42,952 nt of DNA from Paramecium tetraurelia (lineage: Eukaryota). The notes under the pieces are model-generated. The model saw only the letters and a program-made list of their open reading frames with translations, did not search any database and was not told the origin of the DNA. Of this stretch, positions 1-12,197 are shown in pieces; the stretch's first letter is position 1; every line of letters begins with the position of its first letter. The DNA lies in contig CT868004.1 in NCBI GenBank assembly GCA_000165425.1, forward strand, positions 248,001-290,952. The letters are read 5' to 3'. The position numbers and the translations under genes were made by a program.

Positions 1-348
1 TTATCGGATATCTCAAGTTAATAAAGGAACAATTTTTCTTCCTAATTTAAGGATTTAATAATTCAATCTTATCCTAAAATCTATTCTTTATCTTAGCGAT
101 AAGGTTTGGAATTAATTAGAATCGAAATTTTCTCATTTCTTATTTTAGTTGAAATATAATTTAAGAGGAATTTAAAAAAATGGAAAAGTAAACCTTTGAT
201 TTTAAAAAGCAAACAGAATTCCGAGTTTTTTAAAATGAAAAGCAATTTTAAGACTGCATTCTCTACAAAGATATAATAATTGAATGATACTCAGAGATAC
301 TTTATAGTTTTTAAAATAATCAAGTATATTACTTAAAATTATATATGT

Positions 349-870
349 TCAATTTGTATTTTACTCTTTGATTCTTGCCATTTCAAAAATTACTACCAAA
401 CAGCATAACAATGGAATAGCAATAATCAAGATAAGATTTAGGTTTAATTATTGTTGTTTCTTAAGATTATTAACACTGCTTTAAAGTTTGACATTATTGG
501 CTTTCTTTTAATTTCTCAATTATTCTACAATGTCTGTAATCGAGTTTTATTGTAATTTCATGATACTGTTGCTGATATTGTTTGGTGATTAAGCATGTTT
601 TAATTTAGCAGACTCCACTATGTCCTTATATTTACTTTATTTCATTCCCTTCTCTAGCCTAATAGAGTTTAGGCTTTCACATTTTATTTGATTAGTATTG
701 TATAAATCATCATACAATTTTTATCGGTTGAAAAATTCTTTACTGCTGAACGGTTAACAAATCGAAATTCGTTCCATCGATTTAAAGGATTGTTAATGAT
801 TCTCCATTTAATCTTCAGCTATTGTGGTTTTTTAGTGACTTTTGGAATTCATATTTTATTTATTTATCAT
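349..870 (-). CDS. Hypothetical coiled-coil protein with C-terminal transmembrane anchor (tail-anchored), ~173 aa
   Basis: Intronless open frame in ciliate code, MINKQNMNSKSHQ...QQQLNLNLILIIAIPLLCCLVVIFEMARIKEQNTN-TGA; 522 nt = 174 codons; single hydrophobic stretch near the C-terminus. An alternative in-frame ATG lies at 852. Confidence 0.65.
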
Positions 871-1682
871 GATGAATATTTTGAATTAAATGCTAATAAA
901 GCTTATGAAAATATTTTTAACTATTTAACAGAGGATAATTTTATTTATCTCCTTTAATAAATAAACACATAATATTATAATTGTCTTTATTATCATCACT
1001 TATCTTTTATTTTCATTTATTTGTCCTGATCCTCAATATTATTTTTGGCTGATTTATTCCTACTTGTTATTTATAAACTAGTATATTAAATACTTTTATA
1101 ATAAAATAATAAATTCTAATTTTTATATCAAATGAAGGAAATATTATAAATATTCTTTGAATTCAATTGTGTTTAAATGAATAAATAATTCATATACATA
1201 CATACTAAAACAAATTTATTATTTTAAGTATAATTAAAATAATTCTAAAATTAGTCTATCCTACTTTTTTAAAATTTATATAATTTGCAATTATAATTTG
1301 ATAATTGTAATTTATTATAAAAGTAACAACATGAATACATAAACGAACCAATTCAAATTAATTGAATATAATCCTATCTAATTATAATAACAGTTTTCCA
1401 TGATATAACTACTCTGAGTTAAGGAAAATATTATAATAATACAATTGATATTAATACTATTATTATCTCAAATTTTTTAATTGCAACTAGAAAATTTTAG
1501 AAATGGATTCATATTTAATATATTTTTCTAAGTTGTAGGTTATTTTTAACAACTTCAAAAATTTGCACTTGTAAATTTTAGGGGACATCTTTTGAAATTT
1601 TTTGATTAAATTAGAAATTAATCAATTATAATGTTTTATAAGTTCAATTAAATCTTATTAGGATCGAATTATTTAATTACAA

Positions 1683-4600
1683 ATGAAATCCGCTAATAAG
1701 ACAGCTTCGATGATAGTGACAATGTTCACGCAACAGAAGTATCATATTGTCTAATATTTAGCTAAGAATTACAACTTGCGTAAGCAAGGAAGGAATTTGA
1801 TTAACTCACAAGGGAAATAGCAGAGAGAAGAAAGAAGCTGCTTTCAGAATTGAATAAGGGTAAGGCTTAAGAAAAGGAAAAGGTAGATGCAAACAAAGCA
1901 GAAAAATTCAAAAATATGGTACTTAAAATATTTAAAAAATTAGGATGAGCACAGAATACCATTGGAAGAACTTGAATAGAGATTTTAAACAAGTTCAAAT
2001 GATGGATTAACTAAAGATGTCGCCAATTAAAGATTGTAGGAAGTTGGAAAAAATGAATTAACTTAAAAAGAAAAAGTACCTTGGTATATGAAATTAATCC
2101 ATGAATTAACTTCTATGTTTTCAATGCTTTTGTGGGTTGGATCAATCTTGTGCTTTATAGCATACGGATTGGCTCCAGAGGATCCATCAAATGTAAATTG
2201 TATTGTAATATTTTAGTTATATTTGGGTATTGTTATAGTAGTAGTAAATACACTGACAGGAGTGATTACATTTTTCTAAAATGCAAAATCAGAAGCAATA
2301 ATGGACTCCTTTAAAAATTTCATACCTCCTGAGACTTTAGTAATAAGAGACGGGCAACAATAAAAATTACCGGCCTCTAATTTAGTACCTGGAGATGTAG
2401 TAATTGTAGAAAATGGAAAGAGAATTCCAGCGGATATTAGAATATTGGAGAGCAATGAGATGAAGGTTGATAATTCAAGTTTGACAGGAGAATCATTATT
2501 GCTAATGAGATCTTTAGAATGCACAAACCCTGCCAATCCTTTGGAGACTAAAAATTTGGCATTTTTTGGAACACTTTGCAAAGAGGTAATTTAAGATCTA
2601 TTATAAAAGGGAAATGGAAAAGGCTTGGTGATTTTTACTGGAGATAATACAGTAATTGGCTAGATAGCAGGTTTAGTAGATAGTTCTGGAGGTGATGATA
2701 CTACTTTAAGAAAGGAACTTAATAATTTTATAAAGAACATAAGTGTAATATCAACAATATTTGGAGTAATCTTCTTTGTGTTGGGCTTTGCTATTGGATA
2801 TCGTATATATAATTCTAAGATTCTTAGCTCCGATCACAAATCTTGTCTTTGGAATAGGAATTATTGTAGCCAATGTTCCAGAAGGACTTTTGGCCACAGT
2901 TACTGTTGCCTTAACACTAACCGCAAAAAAGTTGGCTTATAAGAAGGTTCTAGTGAAAAACTTAGAGGGAGTTGAAACCCTTGGATCTACGTAATAAATT
3001 AACTAAATAATAGATCGTGTGTATGTTCTGATAAAACAGGAACGTTGACTTAGAATAAAATGACAGTTGAAAATTTATGGTACAATAACAAAAAACATAA
3101 GGGAGCAAATTTAGAAAAAATGGGTCAAAAACATTAATACGAATATGATGTCAATGAATTAGGATTTAAAATACTTTAGGAAACAGCTGTGCTTTGTTCA
3201 GAAGCAGTGTTTGATAATTCTTTGCCTCAAGATTAAAAGATTCGAATATAGAATGCAATTGGTTTGAATTAATAGTAAAAAGATTAGAAATTAAAGGAAG
3301 CCAATGAGAAATGGGAATTGAATTTTAATAAGATGCTTTGTTAAGAAAAACCAACTATAGGGGATGCATCTGAAACTGCTTTAATCAAGTTTTTCTAACC
3401 TATAAATGATATCTAGAAAATGAGATAAAGTAGAACACCTGCTAAAGATTCAGAAAATAAGCTTGCAAAAATGCCCTTCAATTCTAATAATAAGTATGCA
3501 TTCATCATAGTGGAATACGAGACCGAAGATTCTCATTATTGTTTATTAAGCAAAGGAGCACCAGAAAGAATATGGAAGTTATGCAATTAAGTATATAAGG
3601 ATGGATAAATTGAATCAAAGGATGAAGAATGGGAAAAGTCCTTTGAGTAGATAAATGAATAATTTGGAAGACAAGGAGAACGAGTATTAGGATTTGCCAA
3701 GCTGCATTTACCAAAAGAATAATTTCCATTTGGATACTAATTTAACATGGATAAGATGAATTTCCCTTTTAATAATCAAGTATTTGTTGGTTTAATCTCA
3801 TTAATTGATCCTCCCAAGGACAATGTTCCTTATGCTGTGATTAAATGTAAAACAGCAGGGATCTAAGTTATTATGGTTACTGGAGACTAACCAGTCACAG
3901 CTACAGCCATAGCTAGATAATGTAACATAATAACAGAGAAAACAGTTGATGAGATAATGATTGAAAAAGGAATATCATTTGAAGAGGCATTCCATTAATC
4001 AAATGCCCTAGTAATTCATGGTGATAAATTAACTAAAATGGCAATTGATGACGAAGGTCTACCTGAAGATGAAAAAGGTAGACAATTGCAGGAATGGTTG
4101 AGCAAACCATAATTAGTCTTTGCAAGAACAAGTCCAGCATAGAAATTGATTATTGTTGATGGATGTCAAAAGAGAGGACATATAGTTGCTGTGACAGGTG
4201 ATGGAGTTAACGATAGTCCTGCAATCAAGAAGGCAGATATAGGAATTGCTATGGGTATTACTGGATCTGATGTTGCTAAGGATGCAGCTGATATGATATT
4301 GTTAAATGATGATTTTTCAAATATTGTGATAGGCATAGAAGAAGGAAGGAAGATCTTTGATAATTTAAAGAAAAGTATGGCTTATTGTTTGACCTCAAAC
4401 ATTTCAGAGCTGGTTCCATTTATTGGATTTGTTATCTTTAGACTACCATTACCATTAACTACAGTATTGATATTATGTATCGACTTGGGAACTGATGTTT
4501 TTCCATGTACCACTTTTGTCTTTGAGGATGCTGAAATTGATATAATGACGAGGAAACCGAGATCAAAGAGTGATCATTTGGTTGGTGGGAAAATGTTCAT

Positions 4601-5399
4601 CTATGCATATTTGCAGAATGGATTCCTATCTACATATTGTGGGTTCTTTTAGTGGTTTGCATCCTTTTATGATTTTGGGTTCTATCCTTCAAATCTACTA
4701 TTCATAGGAATTAGGAAAACTATTCTACCAAAGATTAATGATGTATATGATCCTTAAGATCCTTGGTTTGGTAATACAAATCTAAAGGAAATATTTTAAG
4801 ATGGAACTTGTACAGAATTTCCTGAATCTGAGGTGAAGGAGGTAGATTGGATTTTTGCCAATCATTCCAAACTTGATTTGAGGATGGCTTATCTTGAATG
4901 CAAAGATGGTAAGATTTAGTAATTATTTGAATGGGCCTAATGTACTGTTAATTTAGTATCTCCATATACAAATAGACCTTATTGTTATACGACTGAAGCC
5001 TCAAATTATGCTTAAACAACATTCCTATATGGTATTGTAGTTGGGTAAATAGCCAATTATTAGGGTTTGAGATCTTTAATAAATGCAGGATCCTTTTAAG
5101 GTAATCGATTCACAGTATTTATTAGGTTTTTCGAATTATTATATGTTTTTCGCCTTCTGGGTGGAATTTATGTTAACAGTGTGTTTGTCTTATGTACAAG
5201 TTTTTAACGCAGTATTTGGAACTAGGGACGTGTTATTTATTCATTATGGCACTGGAGCACTTCCTTTTGCATTAGTGATGCTAATTTGGGCAGAGGGAAG
5301 GAAATATCTAGTATATTTTTTAATTATAATGTGTAGATACGTCGTTTCAAATCAAAAACATCATTTCCTAGTTGGTGGGAAAGATGCGTTTAATTCTGA
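1683..5399 (+). CDS. P-type IIC ATPase, Na+/K+ (X+/K+)-ATPase alpha subunit-like, ~1173 aa, 8 introns
   Basis: Motifs [33 protein letters not shown] (Q=TAG), [50 protein letters not shown]. Introns 1739-1761, 1919-1943, 2193-2216, 2586-2609, 2803-2827, 2991-3013, 5101-5125, 5311-5336 (total 195 nt) leave 3522 nt in frame, ending SWWERCVQF-TGA. Confidence 0.97.
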
Positions 5400-5540
5400 A
5401 ATTTATTGATATTCAATAATATTATATTATGATAATTGAAATATTATAAAATAGGTTTAATTAGTTCTTACTTGTAATGTATTTAATAAAAAATGAGTTA
5501 TAAAATAAGTAGGTTGAGAATCATTAAATTAACATTATTA

Positions 5541-6512
5541 TCATTGATCAAATTTGACCATGGACTCATTCAATAGTATTATATCAAAGATTTCAATCAA
5601 TTTATTCGCTAATCTATAACCACCGACAGCAATGTTGCTCTCGCAGAACTATTTTGCTTACTCAACGTAGTTGTTATTAAAGTTGTTAGAAGACTAAATC
5701 ATTGGATAAACAAACTGTAAAGCCTACCTATAACCAACATAAGTCCAAACTGATGGATTACTATGTAATTTAAAATCTAATTTACGTCATATCGTAATCT
5801 TTATAATTGGAGTAGGGGTATGAACGGATTAAGTTCTTCGCCCAATTGTCCAGATACTCTTAATCTTTTTAGGATAAGGGTCGAGATAGAAAGGTGGAAT
5901 TGGAAACGAAGGCAAATGCACCTGCATCCCAAAATGAATGTAAATTAACAAAGGTACCATTTTCAATCTAATAAATATATGTATTGATGCTACTTGTAAT
6001 TTCATGAGATTTCCTCCTTAGTCTCCATTTGGATAGGTGACATTCCAAAAGGCAGTATCATGAAGTGGTTAATGAAGATCACCAATAACATGCAACAATA
6101 CTCTAATCATTTCAGCCTTGAAAACTGTGTGTCTGAATTTGGCAGTTTTGGTGCTGGTTAATACTGAGGTAGCTGAATTGATGGCATAGATGGAATTAAT
6201 GTTTCTGGCTTGATCTTCTATCTTGATTTAGAGACCGTCTGGATTCATTGGACGATTTGTGTAATGCCAATCATTCATGAAATTGGTTCCAGTTTCTTTG
6301 ATATCATCTAGCCACACTGCAGCCTCGGCAAAGGTGTTAGATTTTCCATCTGTAAGTGGGTTTAAGTCTTGGATTAATGAATCAGCCCAAGCCAAAACAT
6401 CAGGTCGATTTTCTCTGAGATGATTTTTTGCTATTTAAGCTGTCATCATATGACCGACATCCCACCATTAATATGACAACATCACTAGGGTAGATAAAAG
6501 AAGATATTTCAT
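5541..6512 (-). CDS. S1/P1 family nuclease with signal peptide, ~306 aa, 2 introns
   Basis: MKYLLLSTLVMLSYQ-WWDVGH (mature-start W..GH), AAVWLDDIK, WHY, LHVIGDLHQPLH, GDQGGN, LHSFWD, GGYRLA. The zinc-ligand motifs of S1/P1 nucleases are present. Removing 26- and 25-nt introns gives 921 nt in frame. Confidence 0.93.
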
Positions 6513-6611
6513 TAAAAATAATATAAGTTATTACGCAATTTGGGATTCGGTTATATAATAATAATGCTAAGAAAGCAATAATTAATTAGATCAGTATTTT
6601 TAATACAAATA

Positions 6612-7473
6612 TCATCTCCATTTAATAAATTGTTAATCGGATCTATTTTTCTTAAATATAGGCTTTAATCTGTTATCCTTGATATAGAAATGAGAATGTC
6701 TTACCTTTTCTTGCATAATCGTAGAGTATTGGAAATGACCCTATAACTATTCTACACCTTGGATTCTGGCATAGGTGATTTCACAGATCTTTTAAATCTT
6801 ATGGAAATTAATACTTTTTCTGAGTTAAAGAGCTTCCACTTTTTGCCCTGAAATTCTAAAAAAAACTTTGGTATAAATTTGGTATGCAAGAAATTAATGA
6901 ATGCATAACCTACATTGCATTTATTCTAATATTGATTAAAAATTTACAGTAAAATCTATTGGAAGATAAAAAAAATCATAAGTGTCCTTATGATTAATGT
7001 CCATGTTCTCTAGCAACATTGGTTGGGTGTATTTGTTTGGGATATTGCGGATCATCAGAGTAGTTCTATCATCATCACAAATCTTTATAGGGATAGACTC
7101 TTACTTTAGCCAGATCAATTTAGAATTGAGTGATCTACACCTGTGGCTCGTATTTTCTGTTGTTCTTTTACTGAAATTACTAGAATAATGTTGGCATGGT
7201 CTTATAAAAAATTTCTTCCTATTTCACTTCTTGAATCGATTAATTCAACTCTTAGATCTATTAAGATGTAGACAAAGTTTCAGGCAAAGTAGATGTGTTG
7301 GAACATATTGTGATTGATCTATTTTTCACCCACATCTATGGGTTGTCATTAATATTTTTAGATAAACATTATTATTATTCATTCTTTTATTTTTATTCCT
7401 GTTGTTCATTATTATGTTTAGGCCTAACAAATTACCCAAAGCACTTCGGATTTATTGTGAAGGGTTGTTGCAT
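6612..7473 (-). CDS. Mei2-like RNA-binding protein (C-terminal RRM3/RRM_2 type only), ~254 aa, 4 introns
   Basis: [20 protein letters not shown]...[23 protein letters not shown]...[19 protein letters not shown] matches the Mei2 RRM3 signature. Introns of 22, 22, 26 and 27 nt give 765 nt in frame. The N-terminus is Gln-rich. Confidence 0.92.
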
Positions 7474-8382
7474 TATTTTAAAACAAATTTTATTTATATA
7501 AAGATTTTTAATGAACAACGCTTATTCTGTAGCAAATATAATTATTATAATTAATTTAAATTGATTCAACTGTTCTTGTTCACATAAATTACATATTCAA
7601 GATTACTGATATCAAGAATTTATAGCAAAAATGGTTATCTATTATAAAACACACTCATAATTATATAAACAATTAATCCTTTTTATTAATGGTTTTATGG
7701 TAACAAAGAAGTTTGTTTTTGAATTATTGATCAGGTTGGTATATCAGTTATTAGAAAAAGGGACATAATTATCTGGTACTAATAATATTTTAGAAGTTCA
7801 TAAAATGAAAAATTTAATCATCAGCTAAATTATCATATATTCAATATTCAAATAATGAATATTATGTGAGAGGATTTCATAATTTCTGAATGAATAAAAT
7901 TAACAATAAATGAGATATGTAAATTATTATCCAAATCAAGAAATTATGACAAGGATTATTGTTTAATTATCAGATTAATACTATTAAATAAAATATATTA
8001 TTCTTAATATTTATGAAATTATTAACTATATTATTTTATCATATAATCAAATTCTCTTATTTTTTTTAAATTAAACTCAGCCCTGAAATTCATAACCTGT
8101 TTTGGTTCGAATTTGACGATAATCCTATTAAATTATAAAATAACTGTTTTTCAGCATTGTGCTTACTTACGTTTATTTGGTAATTTTGCTTCAAATGTTT
8201 TTATATAATCAAGAAATGATAATTCTTTAAAGAATAGAATTAAAATCTATAAAAATGTGTGTCAAAGAAATTTTATTAAATAAGTGAGAGAATATTATAA
8301 TCATCTTAAAATTCATAAGGTTTTGAGATGACTAACATTTTTTTTATATGGGTTTAATTTAAATTAACTTAAAAAGTCCAAA

Positions 8383-8739
8383 TCAATTTTATGCATGATT
8401 TGGTTGCATAGTTTCTTCCAATTCTCTAAGTTATTGTCTTGCTACATTTATCATGAATTCAAGTTTAGATGCGTACTAAACTAAATCCACAATTTCTTTC
8501 TGCTTGCTGTTTTTAGCTGATTTCCTATCATAAATGTCTTCCTATTCCCATCCATCACATTCATTTGATGATTCCTCAGGTGATTATATTTTATATTTCT
8601 TTTTCTATCTCAACTTTTGACAAAGACATCCTCTCTCCTTTTGTATACTCTTTTTCAATATTCCTGATATTTTCACTTGGTTTTCAGTTGATTTTTAGTC
8701 ATCGATGAAATTGATGTTATTACAATCTAAGTCAGCCAT
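8383..8739 (-). CDS. Hypothetical protein, 118 aa
   Basis: Open frame MADLDCNNINFIDDQKSTEN...RQQLRELEETMQPNHAQN-TGA (357 nt) with coding-like composition. No recognisable domain. Confidence 0.55.
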
Positions 8740-9012
8740 TTTAGTATATAATTTAATATAAATAATCTCAAAAACGACAATTGGATTTTATTTCTATTAT
8801 CCTTTTACTATCCGTTTTATAAATTCAGAGGCAATCAATAGTTTGAACTATTATAGTAAATAATCAAATACTGCTCACTTTGTTAAGACTCAAATATTAT
8901 AATTACGAACTATTTCAATATAATTATTTCTTTTTACAATATAATATATTTACTAAAGAATATAAATATTATATTGTTAGTTCTCATAAAGGGAGATCAT
9001 TAGTTGATCAAA

Positions 9013-10214
9013 TCATTTTCTTTATTTCATTAAGAACTTGTTTTGGCCTTCCTACATTTCTTGTAATTTTTACTACTACTATAAGTCCATTAATTCTATT
9101 CAATATATATTATATACTTTAATAAAAAGCTAAACCATTTGAGTAGGCATCAAATTTAACTGAATTTTAATTCTTTTTAGTAAACCCTTAATCAAATATT
9201 GAGATATCTTATTTGTCTAAATTTAATAAGAATAAATACTAGAAAATAATAATTGCGGTTATCTTAAACCTGTTTGTTGCATTAGTCCTAGATTTTATTT
9301 ATGATAATTTTTACTTTAATTTGATTACTGTGATAGACTAATAGATTGATCTAAATAATTGCTTTAATAATTCTATTGTGATATACTGATATCAGAAGAT
9401 GAAGTCTGATAATAAGAAGACTATTGACTTGGGAGTAATGAACTTTGTGAGTACTAATTAATAGTAACAATTAATGTAGTCAATAGATATGAGAAGTTCT
9501 CAATCTTTTTATCATCAATATCTCGAATTTTGTAAATTTCCTTAAATTTGCTTAATATGTCGATATACTTGCCATAATAAGGAGTTCTGATTGATTAAAT
9601 AATCATTTTAGGTCATAAATTTAGCAATTGTTTGTTAAAACACTTGTTATTGAGCTTTAACCCTCAGGATTTCATTATGAAATTATTGATAGTCATTTTT
9701 TAATTTGGACATGCTCAGTTATGAATTATTGGCTAATATCAATTAATTTTATATTAACTTTAATTTTAGTTATTTTCTTCCAACTGTTCTTGTTATTCTA
9801 TAGATTTTCTTTTTATTTCACACAATAAATGTCTATATTATAAATGGAGAGTAAAAATACTTCTTTTCTTTTTAAAAAAAATTGTGTCTAAATACATGTT
9901 TTCCAAGTTCATTTTTAATCTTATGAAAATCATATATGTTCAATTATCTAATAAACGAAGTATAATTATTGTGCTTAAAATACTTGGGTAGTATCTAAAG
10001 TATTAGATTAATATAGAGATACTTTCTTAGCAAACTCATAAGGTTTTTTTATAATAAAAGCTTAGCCTTCTTCGTTCCATTAAATGATATCAGAATAATT
10101 GGAATTCTATATATTAGAGCAACATTGTACCTCTAAGATATCATAGGTTTTAGTTAAGAAGGAAGGAATGGATGACTATTATTGGAGAATCAAGTTTTCC
10201 TTTGAATTATCCAT
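9013..10214 (-). CDS. Heat-shock-factor (HSF)-type transcription factor, >=6 short introns
   Basis: IPSFLTKTYDILE..IIQWNEEGQAFII..ILPKYFKHNNYTSFIRQLNIYDFHK..FRHNFFQKEKKHLLCEIKRK is an HSF DNA-binding domain. A downstream HR-A/B-like coil (QNSLLWQEIYKIRD) follows. One internal intron is not fully resolved. Confidence 0.92.
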
Positions 10215-10312
10215 AAAATATTTAAAAATGACATTCCTAGAATAATCTAAATTGATATTATAGTTATATTATAAACATATGATTAATTACATAAAGATCT
10301 TAAATAAATTAA

Positions 10313-10567
10313 ATGTTTCCATGTATTTCATATAATCACATTAATAGGCAATCTAGTGATAACTCTGCTACGATAATCGTTAACTTTATAACCAGAATAT
10401 TTTCAGTTGATCAATTAAATAATGATGGTAGAATGAATAATTTAATGAGGATAATCAAAATAGGAAGGAAAGGAAATTCCCTTGAATTACTGGAATACCC
10501 AGCTATCCGCACTTTTCAGTTGACTAGATCACTTAGATTGGTTCCGTATTTACACTACTTTTCTTGA
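10313..10567 (+). CDS. Possible small hypothetical protein (84 aa), divergent from the HSF gene
   Basis: ATG 98 bp from the HSF start on the opposite strand, open to TGA. No domain recognised; could be non-coding or a fragment. Confidence 0.25.
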   Translation: MFPCISYNHINRQSSDNSATIIVNFITRIFSVDQLNNDGRMNNLMRIIKIGRKGNSLELLEYPAIRTFQLTRSLRLVPYLHYFS

Positions 10568-10964
10568 ATTCAAATCATCTTCAATTTGACGACATTTATA
10601 ACTTTGCTTCCTTCATTTCGTGTCCTTTAAAATTTATTCTAAGGCCCTTCTGTTATACTTCTTGAAACAATTTATGTATCTATCCAATAGTAATTTAAAA
10701 TATGTAACCTGATTTGAATTTGCTAGCACCAAAATGAAATGGAGTTTTTGTAATTTCTTTCTGCTTTCTTGCTTTATCAAAGTTACATTGGGATTCTCAA
10801 AATAATGAATTTATTATTATATAAATATTAGTCATTTATATATTATAATTCATGTGTTCTTCATCTATATTTTATATTTTTAATTTTAATCTTTTTCTAA
10901 CTTTTTCATATCAAATCTTATCTCAATCCATTGACATATATAATTAAATAATTAAATTATTTAG

Positions 10965-11980
10965 ATGAGCTCTAATTCTCAAAAATTATAAAAGCAAAAT
11001 AGCTAATCTGATAATGAAATCGATGCACATCAGAACAAGGCTATAAAACAAGACTGTGTATAGATTTAAGCTAAGTATTTTTATATTAAATTTGATACAG
11101 ATCAAAAAATATACAAAAGAAAAATCCAGAATAAATTAGAGCAAAATAAGTTCAAATTGATTAGATTTCTCAATTCAAATTTGATAGTTCATTGTATTAT
11201 AAGATGAATTTAAGAGAATAGACCATTTACGATTTTGATTTTCTAAAAATAGATAAAGATCTATTGTCTAATTAGACTTAAATTCTAGTATATATTGTGA
11301 ATTATTATAGATTGAGGATAAGAAATCGAAAAAAAAGTTTCTTATAAAGCCAATCCAAACTGAAAGTGAAATAATTCAAGTAAATAGATAAAATATATTA
11401 GAAATTATTTTAATTAAATTCTAAATTTATCTTAACACCTCAAAACATTTTCAGTCATCATGTCCAGACACAAAAAATTGATAATCTTGCAAAGGAAATA
11501 AGTAATTGATTTAAGTTGAATCAAGAAATAATTCATTTAAAGTTTCAACTACTTTTGTTTTAATATTGCAGCAAATCGATTCTGCATTTTTCTCATGAAT
11601 TGTCAAATGCAAAACTAAAAATAATACTTGGCGATTTATTATAAGCATTGATGTCAGCAAAGGAGAATTAACTCGTATTAGATGAAATAACTTTGGACTC
11701 CATCTTGTATTGCGAGGAAAATAATAATTTCAAGCTCAATGACTACGCCAACGCAACAATTGGTGATAACTAAAGTAATGTAACCGATTTAGGAATGTGT
11801 TTCGCTCAACTCATTCAATAAAAGAATTCAAGGCGGAGATATTAAAATTTATAAATCAATTTAAATGAATGGAAATTGAATAATAAAGATGACCCATTTA
11901 CAAGTATTACCTTACAAATGATCATGAATGAAAAATCACTTGATGAAATCAATTATTAATTGTAATTAATAGATTGTTGA
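10965..11980 (+). CDS. Degenerate protein-kinase-like (pseudokinase) protein, ~321 aa, 2 introns
   Basis: Introns 11075-11100 and 11502-11525 give 966 nt in frame. Kinase-like order of motifs: KKKFLIKPI, LLFQYCSKSIL, LLQALMSAKENQLVLDEITLDSILY, NFKLNDYANA, QSNVTDLGMCFAQLI. Confidence 0.65.
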
Positions 11981-12197
11981 AATTCATATTTTTATAATAA
12001 TATAAAATGATTAAAATTATTCTTGGAAATCATCTCGTCAATTTATTCTTTCTCATTTTCAGACTTTAAGAAAAAGAAATAATTAAATACTGACTATTTT
12101 TAATAATATCTATATAGAAATCTAATCTTATATAAACATTAAATTATTAATAAAATTATATAAGATATAGCAATTTATTTAGACTACGAGAATAAAC

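Noticed and set aside
1..340. Possible 3' end of a plus-strand gene
   Set aside because: One frame is open in code 6, but there is no recognisable motif or clear stop, so it cannot be supported.
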